From contig ML996698.1 in the NCBI GenBank assembly GCA_010356995.1, positions 431,923-495,922 of the forward strand: 64,000 nucleotides of DNA, read 5' to 3'. The notes under the pieces are model-generated. The model worked only from the letters and a program-made list of their open reading frames with translations. It ran no database searches and was not told where the DNA came from. The translations under genes were made by a program, and so were the position numbers. This document shows, piece by piece, positions 53,820 to 64,000 of this stretch; position 1 is the first letter of the stretch; every line of letters starts with the position of its first letter. Source of the stretch: Trichodelitschia bisporula. Its lineage: Eukaryota.

Positions 53820-56800
53820 ATGGCGGACGCGCAGTCGGACGCAGATAAAGTACGAAACATATCCTCTATAGCCAACTTATTTCTAACTGATTCCTCCCAG
53901 ATTCGCAACAAGCGTCTCGCAAAGCTTGGAGGAGGTGGATCTTCTTCCGGAAGCTCCAACCCCGGGGAGTCCAGTGGAGCAACTCCGCCGCTGCAAGCCT
54001 CTGAAGCTCCCATCGAGGCTCCGCGTGAAGAGCCATCCGTCCCGCAGCAAACAGCACCCCCTACTCTGGCTCCTGCACCCGCCCCGAGAGCTGACGGCCG
54101 AGCCCCGCCGCGAATCACCATCACCAAGCGTCCAGCAGAACAAGCCGAGACTGCTGTCCGTCCAAGATCGCGGCAGCGCGAAACTTTTGAGGAGTGGGAG
54201 GATCGAGTGCTCTGCACTATCTTCCGTATCACACTTCATCCAGAACATGTCAAGGATGCCCACGGCGAGCGGGTGCACTTCGTCTCTGGGGTTGTCGCCG
54301 ACCTCAATGAGCAAGAAGCGCCAATGAACATGACGATCCCGATGCTGGACAATGCCATTCTAGAGGCCGTGGCTGCATCCCCGCAGCAAAAACCTCTCGT
54401 GTACCTTTTGGGTTGCTGGAAACGCGTCATGAAGCAGCTTCGCGCGTTGCGGGGCGCTAATGCGGATGATCCGAAGCTGGATGTCCTGAAGGAGGCGAAG
54501 AAGATCTGCATGAGTTATTGCATATTTGCCGTCACCATGCCCGAGATTTACGGTCTTCCTCCCGCCGAAGATAATGCCCTTGCAGAGCACCTTCTGGCTG
54601 ACCCGGAGTGCGACGGCGGCATCTGTCATGACTTCATAATGGAGGCCGTTTCTCGTTTCCCTGAAGAGGAAGAAGTTCGGGATGCTTTCGTGGGAGCGGT
54701 CGAGCAATTGAGTCGAGAGCTTGCCCAAATGACCATGAATATGAACTTCAAGCCATACGTTCAGGCTCTTCGCAGCCTCGTTCGCTACCCAGCAATTACC
54801 GATGCAATTACACAGTCTCCTCTGTTCCTACCGGAAGCCGAGTCCATCGAACCTCAGAATATTGAACTAGACACTCTTCTTGGACCATGGTTTCGGCTTT
54901 CCCCTCTCCAAGGCGACGTTGCCTTGAACTACTTTATGGGTGCTCGAACGAGAGATGATGCGTACATTCGGAACTCACAGGATGCACTCCGAATGACGCT
55001 TCGCACGCATCAGGACGAGCTTTTTGACATTGCAAACTCCATCATCAAATCCTCCAAGAACCCACGGGAGCGCTTACTGGATTGGTTTGCCTTGGCCATC
55101 AACAAGAACCACAAGCGTAGGGCGCTTCGCATCAATGAGAAAGAGGTTGCGAGCGACAGCTTCATGATCAACATCACCGTGAGAACAGCAGCTGGCCCTT
55201 TTTGTCTTTTTTGCTGACCTTGCAGGCGATACTTGACCGGTTATGCGAGCCATTTATGGATGCCACGTTCTCCAAAGTCGATCGAATTGACATCGATTAC
55301 TTCAGGCGGTCCCCGCGGGTGGACATTCATGATGAAACGAAGATCAATGCGGACCAAAAAATGTCTGATGAATTCTACTCGCATCAGGCCAGCGGCGCCA
55401 ACAACTTTATTTCGGAGGTCTTCTTCCTGACAGTTGCGGCACATCATTACGGAGCAGAAGCGGCTAATTCCAAGTTGTCTCAAATTCAGCGCGACCTGAA
55501 GGCATTGGAGGAGCATGTCGCGGACTTCGAAAAGAAGCGGGAGCAGTTCGCTCATGTAAGCGACCTCGTAAACGCAAGTTCCAAGCTAACTGTATGAAGA
55601 ATCCACAACAGCTAGCGCTGTTTGAAGCCGCCCTTAAGAAGCACAAAGACCGGATAGAGAAGACGCATTGTATCGTCTCCGCCGTCCAAGGTGTCCTCCT
55701 CGACGACTTGGCGCAACAGCGCTCCTTGCAACTCGTGAGGTACATCTGTGTCTGGATCCTTCGGCTCGTAAGCCCCCAGTCGGCGTTCCCTAAGAAGCCA
55801 GTGACCTTGCCTCTTCCGGAGGAGCAGCCTGAGACCTACAGATGCCTCCCTGAGTATCTGATCTACGATATCGTCGACAATTTCAAGTTCGTCACGCGGA
55901 ATATGCCGCATATCATACTCCCTGCGCAATGCGACGAACTCGTCACAGTTTGCATCACCTTCTTGAGGAGCTCGGAGTACATCAAGAACCCGGGTCTGAA
56001 AGCGAGCCTTGTCACAATCCTCTTCTACGGCACCCTTCCCGTCCGTGGGCGGCCAAAGGGGATTCTAGGAGATGTCTTGAATGCCTCACCCTTCGCCCTA
56101 AAGCACCTGTTGCACGCCTTGATGAAGTTTTACATCGAGGCAGAGAGCACTGGAGTTTCAAGCCAGTTCTATGACAAGTTCAACATTCGCTACGAGATCT
56201 TTCAAGTCATCCGGTGCATCTGGAACAGTTCAATCTACCGAGAGAACCTCAACACAGAGTCAAAGTATGCTATTCTAGAGTTTCTACCAGGCCCTCGTTC
56301 TAACTTATCTAGGGTTAACGTGAACTTTTTCGTTCATTTCGTTAACCTCCTCATCAACGATGTTACCTTCTTGCTGGATGAATCTTTCTCAGCATTCCGT
56401 AACATTCACAAGTTGCAAGATGAGCTGGAGGGACCCCACGCAGCATCCCTTGATGAAACAGAGAAAAAAGACAAAGAAGACGCACTGCAGGAGAACGAAC
56501 GGAAAGCCAAGAGTTATATGCAGCTAACAAACGAAACAGTTTCGATGCTCAGAGTCTTCACCGAAGCCCTAGCTCCGGCCTTCGCGATGTCCGAAGTAGT
56601 TCAACGATTGGCTGACATGCTGGATCACAACCTGGATTCGATGGTCAGTGAGAAGCAACAGAACTTGAAGGTCCGGGATGCCGCCGGGTACGGCTTCGAT
56701 CCGCGGAAATTGTTGTCGGACATGGTGTCAGTATACATCAATTTGAAGGATCAGCCAAACTTTCAGCTAGCCGTCGCGCGCGACGGTCGATCCTACAAGC

Positions 56801-57318
56801 CGCAGAACTTTGCCAACGCCGTTCGAATCTTACGCATTCGTCCGGACCTCAAGACCCCGGAGGAATTGGCGACCTTTCTGAAGTTTGCCGACACCGTGCA
56901 AGCCACCAAAGAAGCCGATGATCAAGAAGAAGAATTGCTTGGGGAGATTCCAGAAGAATACCTCGACCCTCTCATGTACACGCTCATGGAGGACCCGGTG
57001 ATTCTCCCTAACAGCAAGGTCACGATCGATCGGAGCACTATCCGTTCCCATCTCTTGAGCGACCCACACGACCCTTTCAATCGCATGGCCCTTCGGATCG
57101 AGGATGTCGTCCCCAACACAGAATTGAAAGCCAAAATCAGTGCTTTTCGGACTGAGGCCCGCGAGCGCCGCATTGCGGAGATCCAGGCTCAGAAAGAGAA
57201 GGACGGGGCGCCATCCAGCGCTGATGCCATCGGTCTCATCGAAGGAGGTAGCTTGGTTGAAACCAACCTACCCGCTACTGGAGACTCAAATGATCGTATG
57301 GATCTGTCTGAGGGTTAA
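53820..57318 (+). CDS. UFD2: Ubiquitin chain elongation factor E4 (U-box); 5 exons
   Basis: IRNKRLAKL, NFISEVFFL and FYDKFNIRY motifs; C-terminal U-box IPEEYLDPLMYTLMEDPV..DPFNR. Introns 53850-53900, 55179-55225, 55556-55599 and 56265-56312. Confidence 0.96.
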
Positions 57319-57858
57319 TTATGCGTTCGCTTACGCTGCCAAAGGCTCTTCTCACAGCTAGAACTTTGTGATGGATGGGATGGGTGATACCTACTGAGAT
57401 TGATCCGTCTCATATTCTTCGTCTATTTCCTTCTAGACGGCTTCGAGTACGTGGGTTGGTCAGCCTCTGGGGTTTCCTCCCTTTTCCAGTCAACAACAGT
57501 CTGCATACCGAAGGAGGTTTTCGGACTCTTCAGGGATAGGCGTCACGGGTGTAGAGGATCGAATTCTTGCTATGGCGTTACGGGTACTGTTAAGATAACG
57601 AATCCCAGAGCATGTGGTGAGCCCATTTCAATGCCAAGTCAGGGTCTGGTGTCGTGATTCATGCCATGCTCTGTGTTCTCCTAGCCTACCATACTCCCTC
57701 AAATCCATTCATACTTGAGGTCCCGCTGCTTGTTGATGTGTGCCACCAGGCATGAGCTTACCTCCGACTGGGTACTCCGCTCATCAAATGGGATAGGCCC
57801 ATATGAGCCTTTTAGCCTTCAGCCAAAAACACCTTCCAGTCTCACCCCTTCCATCCCT

Positions 57859-58324
57859 CTAACCCTGCAGCGCACTCCGAATCGCAGTCTTGAACGGTAT
57901 AACCTGCACCTTCTCCAAATCCCACACATCCTCCTCAACATAAATATCCCGCTTAATCGCCGCCCAAACCTCCTCCTCGCTCGCCGCATGCGCAAGCATC
58001 ACGGACCCCGTGATCGGCGGCGTCTTGCCCTCCTCCGCGAGCCCGGACAGCGTCGCGCCGCCGAAGGTCCAGAAGCCGCTTTCGTGTAGGGGCTTGATGG
58101 CGGAGAGGTGAGAGCTGTGTGAGTTAGACGTGGAGGTTGGGAGGCGATTGGGGCACCTACGGTCGCACTTTCATACGCCGGTCCAGGGCGCCTGCCTTGT
58201 CGGGGATGATGACGAGCCATTCGTGCTTCTTAGACTCGGAGGAGGCCATGCTTCTGCGTGGCGCGGTGAGCAGGACCTTCGATGGGAGGGAGCGTGGAGT
58301 GAGGAGACGGCGGAGAGGGAGCAT
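57859..58324 (-). CDS. YCII-related dimeric alpha+beta barrel protein; 2 exons; absent from the ORF track
   Basis: HEWLVIIPDKAGALDRRMKVRP|SHL..GGATL..GSVMLAHAASEEEV..DIYVEEDVWD. Intron 58160-58115; in-frame ATGs at 58324 and 58249. Confidence 0.88.
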
Positions 58325-58798
58325 TGGGTGTTGGTGTGTTGTGTGACTGGGGGGTAGGGTGCGGTTAGGTTGGTGGTGCGGGGCGAGGGTCGAGCTAGGG
58401 AAGCTGGGGTTGGACGGCGGACGATCGGAAGGAGCGAGGTGAAGCCAATATCAACATGTTAAGGTGGTGGACCTTCACTACGCACAGAATTGGGATTTTT
58501 TGAGTCCAATTGAAGACTAGCCGATGATGCACAGTTTGCTGTTAAAGCTGTATCCGCCAGCGGGATGGTGGAAGTATGCGCGTGTATGCACACTTCAGGT
58601 TCATGAAGTAGGATAGACCGCTACATCCGTAAACCGAGAATGCAGCGGTAAGTCCCAAGTCAAGCTCAAACGAAACATTTTAGCTTGCAAGGTGGATACA
58701 GTCAGCCTGTGCCTGATATCAATTGGAGGTATTTTGGTTCGACCGGCTCTTCAAGGCTCCACCCCACCCCACCTCAGCCTCGCCAAACCCAGCTGGAA

Positions 58799-59353
58799 CT
58801 AAACCTTCGCACCCCCAGGCACCCCAAACTCCGCCTTCAGCTCAAACGGAGCGCCTATGGCCGTCTCCGCAGGAAGCATGACGTACAGCATACGCGCCCA
58901 CCCCTCCCCCACATTCCGCCACGAATGCTTCGTGCCCCGCTGAACAACCATATCTCCCACATGCGCCGTCCTCTTCTCTCCTCCGTCGAGCTCCAGCTCC
59001 ACAGTGCCGGCAACCACAACACCGTAGTCCACGCTCACGGTTCGGTGCATCGGGACGTACGTGCCGGGGGCGTAGTCCACATAGCGGATGGCTGGTCCTG
59101 CTGCTGGGAAGCCGGCGGGGTGCCTGTTGGATGCGATGTACGTGGTCGTCGTGGCCAGGTCGTTGGATTCGTTGGAGGGATCGAGGACTATCGGAACGGA
59201 TGGCGCGGCATGCACGTCGGCAAAAGTGTTTGTGGTATTGGAGATAGCTTTGTACTCTGCGGTTTCGGGAGTGGGAGCAAAGACGGAAGTGCCATCGGGT
59301 TTGTGAGTGGTGATGAAGGTCTTTGGGGCGGGGAGGCGGGGTGTATCGGACAT
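58799..59353 (-). CDS. Cupin-domain protein
   Basis: PMHRTVSVDYGVVVAGTVELELDGGE..GDMVVQRGTKHSWRN cupin motifs. Confidence 0.92.
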   Translation of the reverse strand: MSDTPRLPAPKTFITTHKPDGTSVFAPTPETAEYKAISNTTNTFADVHAAPSVPIVLDPSNESNDLATTTTYIASNRHPAGFPAAGPAIRYVDYAPGTYVPMHRTVSVDYGVVVAGTVELELDGGEKRTAHVGDMVVQRGTKHSWRNVGEGWARMLYVMLPAETAIGAPFELKAEFGVPGGAKV

Positions 59354-59845
59354 TTTGGCAATCGGACAGAACAGGCTTTTATTGCGCTTGGATGAGGCGA
59401 GGACGGGGAGCGAAACTGCGAAAGGCCAGCGATGGCTTTATAGATGATCTCCGGTACTATCCTTGGGGATACCGCCAAGCTAAATACAATCAATAGCGAG
59501 CCCACGAACCGGATATGAGCACTCTATTTTACTGCCTAGCCACTGCTCAGGACGGAGCTCTGCGCAACTGTACTCCCAGTAAGCCTTAGCCGGCAGACGG
59601 GATGAAAGGGAGAAGCGCGAACCTTCGCAACAATAGCAGATATACCATACACGAACACAAGTCCGCTTCCTTAAGAGCTGCCACCAAGTCCAACCCGCCA
59701 TGAGCCATAGTGTACACACGCTTGCCAATCATCTCAATAACCCGTCTCGAATTGGGAATCAAACGCCCTCATATGCCCACCTAGCCATTCATGACGCCGA
59801 ATTTAATTACCTATGCTACTCTCAGCCTCAAAGCAAGCATCGAGG

Positions 59846-61014
59846 CTATCTCTTCTTCGGATTGGCGCGAGGCTTGCATTCATCACCCTGGACCGGATGA
59901 AGCATGATTTTGTTCGGGTACGTTGGCGTATTGAAGGCGTAGCCCTTGGTCCAGTCGTAGCTCACCGCGTAGGCGAAGATGTTGCCCGTGCGGTTGAAGT
60001 CTGTCGCCGAGATGGTTCCCCCGACCTCCGGATATCCTTTAAGCCGATGCTTCGCGTCCTTGTCCCAGAAGTGGAAAGTTCCGTCGCTGCCGGCCGTGCT
60101 GAAGGTGCCATGGATGGGGTGGAAGGAGATGTCGTTCACGCTGTACACCTTGGCGATGTCTCGGTTGGACGTATCGTTCTGACGGTGGCACTTGAACGAG
60201 AAGTTTGATCTGATTGGGTTAGCTAAAGCCGTCGCATCAAGCATGATACCTACGCAGAATCCTTTTCCTCCACATACTGAATCGCGCAACGGCCTTCGAT
60301 GCTACCCACAGCAAAGCCTGACGCATCGATGAAGCAACTGACCACGCGAGTCTGCCATTTAAGGGGGCTCTGCATAGTTTTGTAAAATTTCAGGGGATCG
60401 TTTAGGTTCACCACGTTGAGGTAACGGTCCGCAGTGCCAACCACAAGGAGCTGGTCCCGGATGTCCATACTGTAGATACGGTCCTGGCACGGGAGTGTGC
60501 CAACAGGCTGTTGCTGCCGCAGATCCCAGTACTTGACAGTCTTGTCCCAAGATCCAGTAGCCAGCATCGGGGTGCCATTCATCGTGAACATCTTGACGCA
60601 CTTGATGGGCAGTTCATGCGCAGCGACCTGGGTGGGGGTGTTCGGATTGGCCTGCAAGTCGACCATCCGAGCGGCCTTGTCGGCGCCACCGCTCACAATC
60701 TTGGTGCCATCCTAGCGAGTTGTTAGTATCCCCTTACAAATGCGATGCGTCTATATACATACAGGCGACCAGGCTACGCTCAGAACGGGTCCTTCATGGG
60801 TGTACATGGCCTTGCCCTGGCTGTTGCCTGTGGCATCGATCTCGTAGATCCGGACCGCACTATCCCACGATGAGACCGCAAGAAGCTCTGCGGCGGACGA
60901 AAATGCAATGTCGGATATGGAGTCCTTGGGAGGTTCCTTGAGCTCGACGTCCTTGCTCAGGTCACCCTGGGTGGGGTTCGAGGACGAAGAGGCGGCGGAG
61001 AAAAGGCCGGCCAT
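59846..61014 (-). CDS. RAE1: WD40 mRNA export factor Rae1/Gle2; 3 exons
   Basis: PPKDSISDIAFS, SPLKWQTR, GSIEGRCAI, FKCHR and AYAVSYDWTKG. Introns 60762-60712 and 60253-60210. Confidence 0.96.
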
Positions 61015-61298
61015 CGTGGACGTTGTATGGCAAGTGGCGTCGGGGAGGATAAACGTTGGCTTGATGAAAGAGGTGTGAGGGTGGAGCGCAACGCCGAGTG
61101 TGGTGGTGGTGGATGTCTTGCGAATTGAGATATCGGTGAGCTTGTCCGGGCGCGTCTTCAAAGACAAGGCCTACTTGGCGCGTCTGTCGCGGGCCGAAGT
61201 AAAGCCGCTAGGCCTTGGCATGTGGCCCCAGCTCCCGCTAGCTTGGCAGATTTTGTTTAAAAACGTCGAGGCCAATTCTCGCTCTTCTTCTTTCCTAC

Positions 61299-61775
61299 AA
61301 CCCTCGCTCGAAGAATCGCATTCAAAGCTTTCACACAGAGTCGTGCTTTGGCATGTTCTCATTCACATATCGCTTTGGGAGAAAGTCCCCGGACATCCTG
61401 TCTTCGTGATGGGCATGCGGAAACGCGCCGCCACAGAAGCACTGCGGCTTACCTCGCCAGTCACCCTCCGCCCTCCCCGTCACTCCCATCGTCGCTTGTA
61501 CTCTCGGCTGCAACTAGCTCACGCATTACCTTTGCGAAGGAAGGTTCACGGATGAAGAAATGACTCCGCTTCTGGATACTGGTACATGGCCACGCCAGAA
61601 ACAGTCGGGAGGAGGCACTGGGATCCAGTGGCTTGGACGCGGGTCCAGGGCCTGTGCAGGATCCTTTCGTCGATTTTTATAGTTATGCGATTGTCTACTC
61701 GCGCTCTCTACCTCCGCAAGGAGAGGAGAGCTTCGCGTGGGTAACTCGATGGGGCTTATTCTCGATGCGAGGGTT
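61299..61775 (+). ncRNA. NME1: RNase MRP RNA (NME1 orthologue)
   Basis: CR-I GAAAGTCCCC (61381-90) pairs with CR-V ATGGGGCTTA (61749-58) to form P4. CR-IV ATAGTTAT at 61679-86; P8 hairpin GCGGAAACGC at 61417-26. P1 AACCCTCGC/GCGAGGGTT, P2 AATCGCAT/ATGCGATT, P3 CAAAGC..GCTTTG. Confidence 0.9.
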
Positions 61776-61844
61776 CACCATTTCAAGGTCTGCAGGATGT
61801 TTCACATGCCAATGCCTTTTCGCCGGGGCCAGATTTAACACAAC

Positions 61845-61935
61845 GTTCAAGTGATGAGGAACTGTTAGAGTCAAGCACTGAGAGCACCTTCACTGGGCTC
61901 TTGATGAATCATAACTACGACGGTATCTGATGAAC
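61845..61935 (+). ncRNA. Box C/D snoRNA with two guides (snR66-like D' guide, snR79-like D guide)
   Basis: Terminal stem GTTCA/TGAAC; C box GTGATGA 61851, D' CTGA 61878, C' TTGATGA 61901, D CTGA 61927. Guides TAGAGTCAAGC (vs LSU GCUUGACUCUA) and ACTACGACGGTAT (vs SSU AUACCGUCGUAGU). Confidence 0.9.
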
Positions 61936-62210
61936 ACTCAATCAAGATCTCTTGATGGCATTGGGGCTCCAGCAAGCTGCTGGCTAGTCTTCGCCTGACA
62001 AATATAGCCTACAATTCTACAAATCATTCTCCCCGGAGAACTCCTGCCGCACTGAGTGCATCGTAAATCCGTGAACGCATTCAATCCCCAAGCTACGCCG
62101 GAAACCAAGAAGCTAACAACAGCCAATTGCCAGCTCGACACCCGCTACGGTAAATACAATGGCTATCAATTCCAGCTCCCAAACGCCACCACCCCAGCCG
62201 ATAAACCGCA

Positions 62211-63940
62211 TCAGAAATCAGTCTTCAGCCTCTTGGCATCAGGTCCAGTTCCAGCTCCACCACCACCACCGTCATTTGTAGTGGCATTACTGACATCGGC
62301 GAGTGGCGCTCTGTTTTGCTGCATCTCCGGACCGCGCTTGACACCAATGGTTGGCGGGCGGTAAGCTGTCCGGTTGCCCATCGGGCTCTGAACCCCACCG
62401 CCAGGCAAGCCGATTCTGCGATTGGTGTCGGACTGCGGGTTTACGAAGTTCGGGTTGGGTCGGTTTGACGTAGTGGCTCCAGCAGGCCCGCTGGGACCGC
62501 TTGGGGGGTTCCCCGGATTGGCCGCCGTACCAAGTGCCGACCGGGTGATGGGGACAGACTTTCCGCCGTGCACCCCAGCAGTGCGCCGCAGGGATGGACT
62601 TTCAGCATGTGGATTGAAGGTAGGCACATTCGCAGGCAGGACATCACTCTTTTGAACTAGTTCAGCAGCCCGGCCCGCGACGAAGCCTATGGCCACGTTG
62701 GCCGTTGTAGGTCCCGCTCCGGCCACTATCGAAGGGCGCGGAGTCTGCGGAGTCTGTGGAGTCTGGTTCCCTTTGGTTCCTTCGGGCATTGAGACAGTAC
62801 GAGACTGTTGGTTGGGGTTGTGTTGCTGGGGCGGTTGTAGATTCCGTTGACCCTGTGGACGGTACTGCTGAGGGGTGTATTGTGGAGGGGGCATCTGACC
62901 AGCGGCGTTTGACCTGGGGTTGGCATTAGTCTGCCCGTTGGCAGATTGCTGTGGCTGCTGTGGATGCTGTCTTCCGGCGAATTGGTTTGGGGATTGAGCT
63001 TCCTGGCGCAGCTGAGGTAAAGACTGAATCCTCGGAAGCTGCTGTCGTGATTGGTTTTGCGGCTGTAACTGGGGCGGTGCGAGAAGGGCATCTAAAGCGG
63101 CTGTATCTGAATTGTTGGTTTCCAGATCCAGAAAATCGCTGCCATACTCGTCCTCATACTCCACCGTCTCCGACGTTGGATTGCTGGAAGGTTCCGTGAC
63201 CGCCTTTTCGGCGACTCCAGCAGGGATAGGAGGCTCGAGTCCAGCTTTCATGGAGGCTTCTTCGATAGGAAGGCTCTGTTTGGGTGGTATGAAATCAGGA
63301 TGTCGGTGAAGGTTGTCCTCATCCCATTTGGCCGGAAGTGTTTTCATCCTCGATACTTTAGACACATAGTCCTTGTCGTAGATGCAGTTTCCGAGAACGT
63401 TGCCGAAACTGCGCAGGGCCCGCTTGAGCGCATCTGTCGACGCTTCTTTTTTTATCTTTTCGAAAGCTTGCCCTTTGCCGGGCATGTTGGAAGTTTCACC
63501 GTATCCGATATCCTGTTCGAGTAAGCATCCATATCGCCGGAAAGATCCCCCGGGTACATACCTCGTGGTAGGTCCCATCCTTCAGGGTGACCCGTACAAT
63601 TGTGGAGCAACCCATGGAGACTTTGCCACTTTTGTCGATATCGACCTTGGTAGATTAGCATCGGGTAATCCGACAGCATTGTAGAACTAACATAGTCTAT
63701 GGTGACATTCTGTATGGCACTCGACCATCCGTTGAAACCAAACACCTCGTTCGCGATACCAATGACCTTCTCTGCAGCGACGTAGTGGAACGACTTGCCG
63801 CCAGGCCCTTTGCGCGATGATATGAACTCCGGACCTAGCTGGCGGTCGAGTTTGGCTTGTAAGGTGGCGATCTCCTCCGCTGTGTACTCCGACATGCGAG
63901 GGATGGGGGGGATGAACGGGTTGTGGATGTCGCCCGCCAT
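62211..63940 (-). CDS. RAD52: DNA recombination/repair protein Rad52 (5' end may extend beyond the window)
   Basis: LDRQLGPEFISSRKGPGG, ANEVFGFNGWSS and KKEASTDALKRALRSFGNVLGNCIYDK. Introns 63691-63646 and 63561-63513. A branch site plus acceptor near 63960-63973 suggests a further upstream exon. Confidence 0.95.
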
Positions 63941-64000
63941 CCGCTTGAGGTCTTCTGTCCTGCGTCTGTTAGCTTTGTAACTTTCCTAAGGGGTTTACAC

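Noticed and set aside
58799..58810. C-terminal AKV of the cupin as a peroxisomal PTS1
   Set aside because: Only a weak variant without basic upstream context; it cannot be supported from sequence alone.
61741..61746. GTAACT as the splice donor of a snoRNA host intron
   Set aside because: It lies inside the MRP RNA, directly before CR-V; splicing there would destroy the RNA.

Overview
Gene-dense eukaryotic DNA from a filamentous ascomycete (Pezizomycotina-type: short 43-68 nt introns with CTRAY branch sites; the taxon is inferred). About 26 protein-coding genes, mostly housekeeping: MPP10, NDC1, a Pep12/Vam3 syntaxin, COQ2, a JmjC/zinc-finger protein, MIC12, MRPL8, a zinc-knuckle protein, an R3H/SUZ protein, SEC23, YPI1, CCE1, a GNAT, a PPR protein, an expansin-like DPBB protein, HEM2, UFD2, a YCII protein, a cupin, RAE1/GLE2 and RAD52. 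No transposon, CRISPR array, tRNA or rRNA was recognised. Signals invisible to the ORF track are the most interesting. (1) An RNase MRP RNA gene (~61299-61775) is followed about 70 nt later by a C/D snoRNA carrying two rRNA guides (the yeast snR66 and snR79 targets), possibly inside an intron of the same transcript. (2) The zinc-knuckle gene needs a non-canonical U2-type AT-AC intron to rebuild its CCHC motif, and an overlapping in-frame GT-AG alternative would delete the His ligand. (3) SEC23 has candidate alternative C-termini. All calls were made by eye without database searches.
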